Assembly: GCA_951406725.2 (NCBI GenBank)
Contig: OX597837.1
Coordinates: 28,210,001-28,274,000 of the forward strand
From: Octopus vulgaris
Taxonomy: Eukaryota
Direction of reading: 5' to 3'
Length of the DNA stretch: 64,000 nucleotides
Both the position numbers and the translations under genes were made by a program. The first letter of the stretch is position 1; every line of letters starts with the position of its first letter. The notes under the pieces were generated by a model. That model saw nothing but the letters and a program-made list of their open reading frames with translations, did not search any database and was not told the origin of the DNA. This document shows, piece after piece, positions 39,781 through 52,260 of the stretch.

Positions 39781-40390
39781 ATGTATGTATATAGTTTCAG
39801 AGAAGCTTCCATGATTTAGCAAAAGCGAGTGTTTCTTGATAAAACATTAAATCTGTAAAATAAACTACTTGCTCTTCAGAATAGAATCGTCCTTAGTTGT
39901 CTGGTTTTCTTCATGTTTGATTCAAGAATCTTCATAAATTTGTGCGTGTGTCAGAAAGAGAGAGAGAGACAGAGAGAGGCGGGTACATGTAGTTGACAGA
40001 GAAATGAGTTTTATGAGAGAAGTTATATCCCTTTCATCGTATTAAAATTGAGGCTCCAACAACAAACCAGCATTTCCTTCCCTTGACAAAGTGGCACGGA
40101 TGTATTGTACTGGATGGCATACGACAAAGAGAGTATTTTATTCCTTCCTATAACAGCGGAATTTTTTAAATCTTTATTTTTTCTCTTTTACTTGTTTCAG
40201 TCATTTGACTGCGGCCATGCTGCAGCACCGCCTTTAGTCGAGCAACTCGACCCCGGGACTTATTCTTTTGTAAGCCCAGTACTTATTCTATCGCTCACTT
40301 TTGCCGAACCGCTAAGTGACGGGGACATAAACACACCAGCATCGGTTGTCAAGCAATACTAGGGGACAAACACAGACACACAAACATACA

Positions 40391-40448
<58 letters not shown>

Positions 40449-40788
40449 CGACGGGCTTCTTTCAGTTTCCGTCTACCAAATCCACTCACAAGGCTTTGGT
40501 CGGCCCGAGGCTATAGCAGAAGACACTTGCCCAAGGTGCCACGCAGTGGGACTGAACCCGGAACCATGTGGTTGATAGGCAAGCTACTTACCACACAGCC
40601 AATCCTGTATTTTATTTTATTTATTTATTTATTTATTTATTTATTGTTCCTTCACCAGCTTCAATCATTGGACTGAAATGGTTCCAAGATTCCCTCATAA
40701 GATTTTTATTTGTTTTGTTTTCAATTACGTGTGACTCCTTTCCCTCTCATTGCTTTACTTAACATCCAGTTATATTTCTTTTATCCTG

Positions 40789-41205
40789 ATAGGCACAGGA
40801 GTGGCTGTGTGGTAAGTAGCTTGTTTACCAACCACATGGTTCAGGGTTCAGTCCCACTGCGTGGCACCTTGGGCAAATGTCTTCTACTATAGCCTCGGGC
40901 CAACCAAAGCCTTATGAGTGGATTTGGTAGACGGAAACTGAAAGAAGCCCGTCGTATATATGTATATATATATATATGCATGTGTGTGTGTGTTTGTGTG
41001 TCTGTGTTTGTCCCCCTAGCATTGCTTGACAACCGATGCTGGTGTGTTTATGCCCCTGTCACTTAGCGGTTCGGCAAAAAGAGACCGATAGAATAAGTAC
41101 TGGGCTTACAAAGAATAAGTCCCGGGGTCGAGTTGTTCGACTAAAGGCGGTGCTCCAGCATGGCCGCAGTCAAATGACTGAAACAAGTAAAAGAGTAAAA
41201 GAGTA
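40789..41205 (+). mobile_element. SINE family A, full-length
   Basis: Same consensus with (AAAAGAGT)n tail. Other plus copies at about 8060-8455, 10470-10765, 12641-13012, 18122-18520, 26891-27282 and 51027-51420; head-only fragments at about 2437 and 9937. Confidence 0.9.
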
Positions 41206-41771
41206 ATACTGTTATTGTTTCAAATTCATTCCATTTATCTTTTAACTTTTGATCCTATTTTTCGATTGGCTATCTTAACTTTTGAAAGGAAGCCAGTACG
41301 GGTTTGTACCGGCTCAAAAAAGAAATACTCACACATACACAATGCATATTTTTAAATCCTTTATTTGTTTCTCAATGAATTGCGACTATGCTGGAGCACC
41401 ACCTGGAAAGGTTTCGATCGAACGGATTGCCCTAGTACTTAAGTTTACCTGTTCTACCGTGCTCTTTTGCCGAACCGCTAGCTTACGGGGACGTAAAAAA
41501 AGCATCACCGGTTGTCAATCGATTGGCAGCAAACAGAGACAATAAACTACGCACACACAAACGAGCACGAACACGCGCACACACACACGATATTTTATAA
41601 TTGTGGTTCTTATAGTAGTGCTTAATGTTTCACATGATTGGTGGTTTCTTCCACTAAAGATACAAGATATTTTGAGATGCTGAACTTTCCAGTAGTTACA
41701 ATAACATTGTTACTCTGCAAATGCATCGAATTCGGTCTTCATTTGAGGTAGTCGTCCTAACAAATACCATA

Positions 41772-41815
<44 letters not shown>

Positions 41816-42010
41816 TAGGTGAATGAATTATCCTAGTATGGACAATTCGGTTAACCGATACCCGGGTAGCAAATTCACGTCAGAAAACACGGTTGAAGCT
41901 ACATGCCAAGGGCAGAAATCACGTGTTTTCGTGTGGAAATTTGTGTGTTTTTTGTGGACTCCATGTGGACAGTCATCTAAAAGTTTTTGTTCGTCATGAT
42001 GCTGACATAG

Positions 42011-42110
42011 GTTCCTTGTCTTTCCTGATGAGAAGGCGGCATAATGCACCCTTTATTCCTTCGGAATTAAGAATATGCAGTCTTCGAAACATATGTCGAG
42101 AATAAAGGAA
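42011..42110 (+). ncRNA. Type I hammerhead ribozyme motif with long stem II
   Basis: CUGAUGA 42025-42031; stem II GAAGGC.GCAUA / UAUGC.GUCUUC; GAAA 42086-89; palindromic stem III ACAUAUGU; GUC cleavage triplet 42095-97; stem I uuuc/gaga extended by uuccuugu/auaaaggaa. Confidence 0.75.
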
Positions 42111-42171
42111 TTTTGTTAAAATCGTCGTTCGACTCCACTCTTTCATTTATATATATTGAGTCTGGTTTTGA

Positions 42172-42232
42172 AACCACCTGAAGAATGTCTCAAAGTTGTG
42201 CTGAAATAAGATATGAAACGATCGTAGTGGTT
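42172..42232 (+). ncRNA. Type I hammerhead ribozyme motif (second, different sequence)
   Basis: Perfect stem I AACCAC/GUGGUU; CUGAAGA 42178-84; stem II AUGUCU/AGAUAU; GAAA 42215-18; palindromic stem III ACGAUCGU; GUA cleavage triplet 42224-26. Confidence 0.75.
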
Positions 42233-42284
42233 ATTTATAATTGTTAAATTTCTAAATTTATATAAATTATTATGCAAATCAAAC

Positions 42285-42333
<49 letters not shown>

Positions 42334-42432
42334 CACATATGGTATTTGTTAGGGCAACTACCTCAATACATAAGTATTGGCTTAAGTCTTTCTTTGTCTG
42401 ATTTGCATAATAGTGGTTTTGTCTCTAATTTA

Positions 42433-42479
<47 letters not shown>

Positions 42480-43255
42480 TCTTTTACTGTATATATATAT
42501 TATCTGAACAAATGCACATAGGAAGAAGTAATAAACGTACACAATTAAGTACATAATATTAAATTGACGTTCAAAGAAGAATGGAAAGAATAGAAGTTAC
42601 GTTTTTGACGTAGTACTTCTACGGTTCACTTCAATGAATTCCGGGAGAAGCAAGGAAGAAGAGAAGAGAGTCGATATAAAGAGGAGAGCCAGGAAAAACA
42701 AACGCACGTGGGTTAGGTTTTGACATATGTATACACTGTTATAAGAGGTCTTTTATTCGACTGATGCTCATGTAACTTACGAACCAGTGTGCTTTCAAAA
42801 TCTGGAGCCTCCTTCTGCTATTTTCATGTTTGCAGTTGTAGATAAAAATTGTTTCCAGTATATTTAAGTGCATAATTGTATACATTTTTAATTAGCTCTC
42901 TGTAAAAATCGACTGCTCATCAACAAGACACATCATTGTATGTAGTGCAAAACTTTATATGTGTAAAGCTGTGTGCCTTATGCTAGTGAATATATTGATA
43001 GTTTGTTCTTAGTCAAAGCTATGTTACGTGTCACATAAACCACGCGTCTGTTTGTACATTATTTTTGTGGACAGAAAAACAAGATACAGCCGTATATGCC
43101 ATGTTTGGGTGTTGTATTGTTATTTAATCAATGAATATGCATTTCCTTTAACTATTCCCGAACACATGATTTATTATTAAAGGCTTAACTAAACGGAGTA
43201 GAGCAACTGGGACATACACATGTAGCTTAAAATCAGTTGATAGTTTTCTGTAGTA

Positions 43256-43797
43256 CTGAAATCCCTTGACTATCGCGGGTGTTACGTTCTAAAATCCCCC
43301 GCGATATTTGAAAATCCGCGAAGTAGAAACAGTACTGTACTGTATATTATTTTTTTTATTTTTATGATTTGTATATATTTGGGGTTTTTTTGTGGAGGTA
43401 CATGGCTTAGTGGTTAAAGCACCGGATTCGCAGTCGAGGGATCGCGGGTTCGTATCTCAGACCGGGCGATGTGTGTGCTTATGAGCGAAACACCTAAGCA
43501 CCACGCGGCTCCGGCAGAAGGTAATGGCGAACTTCTGCTGACTCTTTCGCCACAACTTTCTCTCACTCTCTCCTACTGCATCTAGCAGCTCACCTGCGAC
43601 GGTCCGGCGTCTCGTCCAGGTGGGGAACCTATACGCCAAGAAACCGGGAAACCTGCCCTTATGAGTCAGGCATGGCTCAAGAAGGAACAAACAATATATT
43701 TGTTTTATTATAAAGGCAAAACAACGCCACAGAAGAATCGGCGTAAGCTTAGATAATAAACCGCGATAGGTCCCCGCGATATGGCGAGGGCTTACTC
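43256..43797. mobile_element. pogo/Tigger-like MITE interrupted by a SINE
   Basis: TA|ctgaaatcccttgactatcgcggg ... cccgcgatatggcgagggcttactc|TA imperfect TIRs, with subterminal ccgcgata repeats; SINE at 43392-43695 nested inside. Confidence 0.6.
43392..43695 (+). mobile_element. Diverged SINE family C relative with a fourth tail type
   Basis: Head gtggaggtacatggcttagtggttaaagcaccggattcgcagtcgagggatcgcgggttcg; tail aaaccgggaaac..gcatggctcaagaaggaacaaacaa. Confidence 0.7.
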
Positions 43798-44470
43798 TAT
43801 AGCAGTATGAATGCCTGTTATGCACCTAAACACAGAGGATCCAAAAGGTGGTTCTTATATTCATTCAAGCTTTTAAACGAGTCTAAACCATAACCGTATA
43901 TGGGGGAAATACAACTGAAACAAGGACTATCAGATGTCATACAGAGAAGAGTTGTGTACCCCATCGTTCATCTTCCGCTGTACACATAATTGTTCTCTCA
44001 CTGTTACGAAATAATAGCTTCATAAATTTGTTCTCCGGCGATGATAGGCCCTTTTTCTGCTTGCCTCAGTTTTATTTACTTTTTTTATGGCATTATAATC
44101 ATCTGATATACTTGTTAATCCAATGTCTGATCGTCTTTCTTCTCTGCCAGTCTTTGGTATGGTCTTGGAACTATTTATAACTTTTATTAGAAAAAAATAT
44201 AGTTTCGGGAGTATTCTGACATTTGTGTGGCCAATAAGTCTAAAAAGGAGAGGCGTCTTTCACTTTAAACAAAAACAATAAAAAAAAAATCCTTTTGTTA
44301 AAATTAGCAAAAATAGATTTGAAGTGAAAGAACAAAAATTAGAATTTAAAATAACTTTTTTTCAGTACGAAAAGATTATTATCAAAGTAATTAAATTATT
44401 TTACATCGATTTTTGCATCAATTTTGTGAAAGCTATAGATTTTGAAATTATTCTATCTCATTCTTTGCTT

Positions 44471-44501
<31 letters not shown>

Positions 44502-44502
44502 C

Positions 44503-44544
<42 letters not shown>

Positions 44545-44706
44545 CAATGATAAATATCAAAGTGAGTTATATACAGTAGCGGTAACACATCGTGACGTAT
44601 ATTTGCCATTTCAATATGGCTAACCCCTAAGGGTGGATGCTACTGTAGTTTTTAGCCCCAGGAGGACACACTCCTCCAGCTGGCCATAGACACACTATAT
44701 ATATAT

Positions 44707-44810
44707 ATAATTGTGAACTAGCAACATTACCCTTTCGTTATACACACACGCACACGTGTGTGTGTGTGTGTGTGTGTAACGAACGGGTGATCTTTTTAGT
44801 TCACAATTAT
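44707..44810. repeat. Short imperfect hairpin with a CA/TG core
   Basis: ataattgtgaacta..accctttcgtta(ca)n / (tg)n taacgaacgggt..tagttcacaattat. Confidence 0.7.
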
Positions 44811-44990
44811 GAGAGATTCCGATGTTTATTACAAATTAATTGGGGAAATAAATGTGTAGAAATTTTTACGACTTGCCTGACCTTTCCAATGAAACGACTG
44901 TTTGCTAAGCCTTTTCAGATAATATTTCTCTGTTGAGGTTTTACGAACCACGTCTCTGATGATACTTCGTTACTTATACTGTACTATATA

Positions 44991-45036
<46 letters not shown>

Positions 45037-45189
45037 GAAAAAACTTTTGATAAGCATAACAAATGCGCAACCGGTAAAAAGAACTTTCACCTAATTAAAT
45101 TACTTAAATTACTTAAATTATTTTGTCAGCATTTTCTTCATTTCTTTTTTTTATATATCACAACTCGCGTTTCACATCTCCTTTTTTAA

Positions 45190-45233
<44 letters not shown>

Positions 45234-45234
45234 G

Positions 45235-45561
45235 AAAGAAGGTTTGAAAATGCAATTTTAACGATGTTTATCCACTTGACCGATTTCACTTTTTTAGAAA
45301 AAGATTGTCAAAAGTAAAATGTAAAGCTTTGTATGAGGTTTGTTGTGTTAAGCACTGGTTGTCACAAATGCATTAAAATACATATATACATTCTTTGATA
45401 ATAAAAATAAAATGTTAAAAACAGTTTACGAGGAAATATCTGAGAAAAAATGTAAACAAAAATTATCAGGAGTTCAATAAAAATTATGTTTACTTGGAAG
45501 TATCTATATACATACACAGAAAAAGTATTAAGAGATCAATAAAAATCATGTTTGTTTGGTA

Positions 45562-45643
<82 letters not shown>

Positions 45644-45750
45644 GGAGTATATTTAGGAGTTTACAAAGAATTTGAGATGAACCAACCTGTTTTAGCATTT
45701 TTTGTACAAGTGAATAAACATCTTTAAAATTGCATTTTCAAAACTTCTTT
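45235..45750. mobile_element. MITE-like element with 44-bp terminal inverted repeats
   Basis: aaagaaggtttgaaaatgcaattttaacgatgtttatccacttg (45235-45278) versus caagtgaataaacatctttaaaattgcattttcaaaacttcttt (45707-45750), 3 mismatches, TA-rich flanks. Confidence 0.5.
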
Positions 45751-45899
45751 ATATATTTCCACACGTGCGGTACCTTACAACTTCACTTTGTTTTACATAT
45801 ATATATATATACATGAAATATTGATGTCTCCTAGTATAACACACATGGTGGGAAACACCGTAGAGTAAACCGTGTGAGACATCAGCTGACTTCTATGAT

Positions 45900-48031
45900 A
45901 CACAGGCTCTATAATATGCATTGAGTACTCTTTGTTTCGCTTACAATGGCACGCAATATCAACACAATACAAAAAAGAACACCAAACATATTATGTTGTC
46001 AAAAAAGGGGGCTTTATTTGTCTCGTCTATAAAAGTAATAAACCAGACTGAATCATCTAAAAAAAAAAAATTGAAGAAAATAATAAATTATCAAAGAAAG
46101 TAAGTCTTCAATTGTTGCTTCAGCCGATATGACAAACACATTTCCCTTTCTTCTCTGGAGGAAAAGAAAAAAATTCGTTTTCCCTTCATTTCCTTGGTTG
46201 GGTTTCATTTGTTTAGATGGGAAGAATAACACATTATCAAGCAACAAATGAAGGCCTGTATCGATTGTTCTTTTTTGATTTTCTTTTCGTGTTTTTTACT
46301 AAACAATTTTAACAAAGAAAAGGATAGGAAAAAAAATATATGGCGGGTGGTAGCAGCGATAGTTCATTCAACAAGTCTTTATCACGTGACATGCATCAAG
46401 TAGCAATCTAGATTTTATTTGTTTAGTTGATATTTTTTTTTTTACCAATTAGTTGTACTTTAATGATTGCTACTTGCACAATTAAACATAAGATGCCTTG
46501 AAAAGATAACTAGTAAAGAAATATCATTATTTCATTAACAGTCCTACAGAGTATATACTCGTACATTAAGGCCAATACTGTTCTGATTAAATCAATCAAT
46601 AGATCAATAAATAAGCTAGGTCTTGGAAGACTTGGAAGGATTAAAGAAAGGGATAAAGAATCCTTTGGATATATCACACAATATTAGTTAAAAAATAAAC
46701 CTCGATATTTTCTCGATGGTTTGTGATTTTCTCCTTTAAAGCAATTTTTTTCTTTTATTTAATTTGTGCGGCTTTTTCGTTATTCGTATTCACTGTTTCT
46801 CTTGTTCTGTTATCAGGTCTTTTAATCATATCTAATTTTATCGGCCATTGGATAAAAATGACGTAGGTGCATGCACAGTTAGGTAATTTTTATAAATCTG
46901 TGTTTTGGTCGTTCTTTTTAGTGACAAGTTATACAAATTATTTGAAATAACAAACATGGCGGATATTTGAAGAGAAACATCCGATTGTACCTCATTAGTA
47001 TTATTGCTTTATATTGTTACTGTTGTTGTTGTTGATATTTTACTGGGGCATCATTCTAGATTATCATCAAATCAAAATAAAAGCATATAATATTATATCA
47101 TTCCTTCTTTTCATTCATTTTTCCTTCATTATTTTTAGTGTGCGTTCATGTTTTGGACCGGAAAATATCTTCGTCTGCTCTACACTGAAACAGTGAATTA
47201 TTCCTCTCCACATAACCACCATGTTTCCTTCCTTTTTCGTTTTTATTTTTTGCGTGCTTTTTTTTTCCCCACGATCTGCCAATTTTATTTTCATCGGGAT
47301 ATAAATATGTCTCTACATAGACTTCTCTGCACCAAGTTTCCCATTGTAAATATGATTAGAATAATAACTTTGAAAGAAAAAGAAACCAGCTTGGCCATAT
47401 TTAGTCATTGCATATCATTTTGTATACAATATAATTGAATCATTTTGTAATAATTAAAATATATAAATTTCTAATAATTTTTTAAATTAAATCAACAATC
47501 TTTTTTTGTAGGGGTTCTTTTTAATTTAAATTATTTTTAGAAAAAAATCAACAACAACAACAAAACAACCAATCAATCAACCCAACAAATAAACGACATA
47601 TGATTCCATATGTGTATATAAGATATTTAAGAGAAACACAACCAAATTATTGTTTTTGTTTGCTTTTTTTCCTTTGAATCTTACGTAATAAAAGAAGATA
47701 AATATTTTATTGTGACTTAACGGTTTTATATATATTTAATCAACCGTTCATTCAAATAGGTTTTGGGGGGGCTAAACTTCTGTTGTTTATATTTAATTTA
47801 TCTTGTGGGTTTTGTTCAGGGATTTATTTCCCTTTTAGTTTTGTTTATTTTTATTTCGATCATTTTATTTATTTGCCATTTCAGTGAAACCAATAATAAT
47901 GTTTTTTGTTATTTTTTTTTATCGAAAATCACATTATTTCTCAATTATTAATATACTTTGTTGTCCCACAAACGATAATTTATCAGGCTTTCTTTTGTCG
48001 TTTTTATTTTCATAATCTACTGGATATATAT

Positions 48032-48092
<61 letters not shown>

Positions 48093-48196
48093 TTCCTCTC
48101 TGTTATGTTTGCTGTGCCTTTTGCCATTACAACGATAACAAAATACTAGCAGACTAGCTTGGAACACATCCACATGACTATTTTTCGTCGTCAACG

Positions 48197-48237
<41 letters not shown>

Positions 48238-49457
48238 GTGCGTATATGCGTGAGTATATATCGAAAATTTAATTTCAATATGGAAGACAATCGGGCAAAT
48301 AGCTCTTATTTCAAGTTAGAAAATATAAAGAGCTAGAATCTCGATAAATATGAAATAATTCCCATTAAACTGTTGTTCAATTTTTTATTTTTTTTATTTT
48401 TGCTTCTGAAACTACCTTAACACCTGCCGTTGTTGTAACCATACCGGAAGTGGTTAGAGCTGTCGATCACGCACCACCTATGTTAGCAAACATTGAAAGA
48501 GAAAAAAAAAACCTTGCATTCTTGATGTCGTTGTTGCCCTTATTGTTAGTATTATTATTATCATTTGTAAAATTATTAGTTCTAACCTTTGTCCAGATGT
48601 TTTAGTGACGAATAAAGCATTATTGATCTGACTATATATCAGTTTTTTAAAATTATCATTCTTGTCACTAGTATTATTGCTGTTGTTATTACAGCTATTA
48701 GTATTACTACGATTATTACTGATAAAAATAATAATGATACTAATAATAATAATAATAGGCTTGGTCTTTTATTTCCATTCTTTCTCGATAGCTCGTCGTT
48801 TTGCGTACATCACCACGTCAACGTCTACATTAATGGTGTTAACTTGCTAAATATCTTTCCAAGTGCCCTCCTCCGCTGAATTAATAGTCAGCTCCCCTAT
48901 ATAAATCTATTCTTTACAAAAAATAAACGGCATATTTACGTTAGTTATCAAATTTTCCTATTTTATTTTATAGCTATATTATAGATGGTATTATCTATAA
49001 CAAGATTCATGGTGCAATATGGCGAAGTATTAGTTTACTATGCATCTACACATCGACTTTTATATCAATACCACACCATATCCTATTAATATAACCATAT
49101 AACATTTATATCCTTATCATATCACGTATATTATATGGTTTATGGTATTTATAATTTATATCAGTGTATCATATTCTATATCTTTTAGAGCGAATTTATC
49201 TCAGCTTATTTATAAATGTTAATTTTTTCATATATATATATATAAATAAATATAGCATATTGCATGTATAAATATATAATTTATATATTATATTACTTTT
49301 ATATGTATATAAATATGTGTGGTGTTTGTCCTATCATACATAGTAGGCCAACAACAAGAACAAGAAGAAGGCATAGAAGAGGGTGGGTTTTTGCAAAAAA
49401 AAAATGAAGAGAAAATATAAGGCACTTCGTTCTAATATTTCAGATAAAATTTAGCTT
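45900..49457 (-). other. Probable long 3' UTR of the gene ending at 49458
   Basis: About 3.5 kb directly downstream of the stop codon with no recognisable SINE, in a window where SINEs otherwise occur every 1-3 kb; AU-rich with several minus-strand AATAAA (plus-strand tttatt). The end point is a guess. Confidence 0.35.
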
Positions 49458-49707
49458 TTAGAAGTCGGAAACACCCGTGTCTATATAGGCTGGAGGTACA
49501 GGCGAAACGTTGACGGGTTTAGGTGACGGTGGTGGTGGTGGCTGGGCCGCTTTTTTCGGTGGGCTTACACGAGGTCGTGGAGTGCTCTGCACGGGAGCCT
49601 GGGCTGGAGATTTCGGTTCGTTGACCTCTTCATTCGCCTGAATCATGCGTAATAATTCGGATTGCGTCCAGTCACGTTCATGGGCAGGAACTTTTTTCTG
49701 CTGTGCC
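49458..49707 (-). CDS. Terminal coding exon of a minus-strand gene, probably a PDZ-LIM/ALP/Zasp-family protein (LIM-less C-terminus); upstream exons not identified
   Basis: Acceptor ttattatcgtgtttcag|G at 49708/49707; open frame AQQKKVPAHERDWTQSELLRMIQANEEVNEPKSPAQAPVQSTPRPRVSPPKKAAQPPPPPSPKPVNVSPVPPAYIDTGVSDF to TAA (49458-49460); GC-richer and non-repetitive. DWTQSELLRMIQANEE resembles the D-x-x-S-E-V-Y-K/R-M-L-Q-E motif of ALP-subfamily PDLIM proteins (recalled, not searched). Confidence 0.7.
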
Positions 49708-51729
49708 CTGAAACACGATAATAACAATAATAATGATAACTATATCCAAACATAAACACAAGTTCATACAATTTGCAGGAGAGTACAGTCGATTGCATAG
49801 ACATCAGTTCATGTCTGGGACTTGTTTTAACGCCCCTTCCCCCAGGAGGATGAGAGGTAAACTAATTTCTAATAATACAAGGTCACCGATTTCTTGGAGA
49901 TATAGTGTTGAATTGTCACAGTATATTACTGGTACTTTATAGACACACTCTTAAAGAGAGGAAAGAGAAAGGTGACCTTCATTGTATTCTAACTCAAAAC
50001 ATATAGGGACTGTAAATAAATCTTTTAGGGCATTTGGTCTGGAGCTTCTTAACGTGTAGTGAATCTGTTATGGCAAAGGGAAAACTATATTCGTTTCTGA
50101 TTCCAATTATACTAAGTGGCACCCTCACATTTGATTTGCAGTTTAAATGTGAACTAAGAAGTCACGTAACTATTCTTAACTGCAAAATCTGTAACAGCAC
50201 TACCTCATCCGTGTTACTAATGTAACAATGGTGAAATACATCACCTATATTCGTTTTGAAAAATGTTCACAGCTATTCTATTAATGTTCCTATAAATGTC
50301 GTCTGCTTTTGAATGAAAATTGGTTACGCGACGCTGTTTCGAAACATTGATGTTATGGACTGAACATTCTTTACTACAACCACGACAGAAGTCGAAGTTG
50401 TACAAGAAGTGAACCATCCCTCAGAAAGCATAAAGCTCATGCGCTTTCCTTTCAGATCCTCTTTTTCTGACAGATCCCCATGACGGCATCTGTTTCACTG
50501 GTTTTCATTACCAGGTTTTCTTTCTCATTTAACAGCCATCAACTATACACAGTCAAGTTGAGGTCACCAATTTACATACATACATATAAATATTTAAATA
50601 TATGACAAAATATTGTTATCACTTATAATATTTCTCAGTCTCTGGATTATGTATGTATCCGTAGTTTTCCCTTTCTCATAAGAGATTCGCTACAAACGAT
50701 TCTCTCAATCACTATGTAGCAATAATACTGCTAATAATAACAGCAACAACAACATTAAAACTTAAAGGAATTTCTTACGGCCATTTTGTTTTTCTTTAAT
50801 TTGGTAGTAAAGGGAGTTAATTTGGGAATAAAGGAAGTTTTTGAGAGGTGACGTAATGCAATAATTCTTTCTGCTCTCTTATGTCGAAATGCATGGGGAA
50901 AATACAATATAAAATAGAAAGTATTTGGACAGGAGATGAAAATTGTGCAAGGAGTTGAGATAGAGAAGGGATAAAAATGGAGGGGGTCGAGGATGTAACA
51001 AAGGAAGTATATATAGCCACTCCTACATAGGCGCAGGAGTGGCTGTGTGGTGAGTAGCTTGCTTACCAACCACATGGTTCCGGGTTCAGTCCCACTGCGT
51101 GGCACCTTGGGCAAGTGTCTTCTACTATAGCCTAGGGCCGACCAAAGCCTTGTGAGTGGATTTGGTTGACGGAAACTGAAAGAAGCCTGTCGTATATATG
51201 TATATTTATATATTTGTGGGTGTGTATGTTTGTGTGTCTGTGTTTGTCCCCCCCCCCTAACATCGCTTGACAACCGATGCTGGTGTGTTTACGCCCCCGG
51301 AAAAAGAGACCGATAGAATAAATACTAGGCTTACAAAGAATAAGTCCTAGGGTCGATTTGCTCGACTAAAGGCGGTGCTCCAGCATGGCCACAGTCAAAT
51401 AACTGAAACAAGTAAAAGAGATGAGAGAGAGAGAGGAAATGAAGATAAAAGGATGTAAGTGAATTAGAGAAAAAGAGAGAGAAAGGGAGAGAAAATGAGA
51501 ATATGAACGGGAATAAGCTAGAAAATGGAAAAGAAACTGAACGAGAGGGTGTGAAGAGGAGAAAGTGAAAAGTGAAGGAAAGAGGAACAGCAATAGACAG
51601 AAAATGGGAGGAAGGAGACGACGAAGAAAAGGGAGGAGGAGGTTGGCGTATACACTAATAGAACTTTTTTCTTCGTTGATATAGTTATTGTTGTTGTTGT
51701 TGTTGCTGGGGTTATTGCTGAATATTTCT

Positions 51730-52260
51730 ACTTGAGTGGACCCTTTGCTCCAGTCAGACCAAATATTCGATCGCTGTTTCTGGCCGTTCCCCGTCCTATC
51801 TTTAAAGTGGGCCGTGTTGTCTCAAGATTTATAAGAAAATACATTAAAATGGTTTGTCTCAAGAGATTTGCTTGTAATCTTATGGAAGTCGTGAAATTAC
51901 ACACCAACTTCTTTGCACACTGCTTTTTAAAAAATCATTTCGACAACCCTGCGTGGCGTTTTTACACTTACTTTTCGAGAAAACACCCTTACCTGTCTTT
52001 CTTTGATTTTTTTCTCTACCATTGTTTGAGCGCGGTGATACTCATACATAATGTGACAATATTGCAACATAGAGACCAACATATCACAGAGCACATTTAC
52101 TGTCAAAAAGCTCAACATCGTTATTATTGTTACATTGCATTACATGAATCGTGTGATAAATTCATGCCAGAAATGTGCGCAACGGAAAGAAAGGAGACGA
52201 GAATGCAAAGAAAAGACAGGGTTCTTTATTATGGTATTAGATCGTTTGTCACAATGTCTT
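51730..52260 (-). pseudogene. Highly decayed Tc1-like transposase fragment
   Basis: Minus-strand translation ..AHFKDRTGNGQKQRSNIWSDWSK.. resembles Tc1 FAK.H..W....W..VIWSDESK; upstream RKVSVKTPRRVVEMI resembles the segment after GRPRK; many frameshifts; TIRs not found. Confidence 0.4.
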
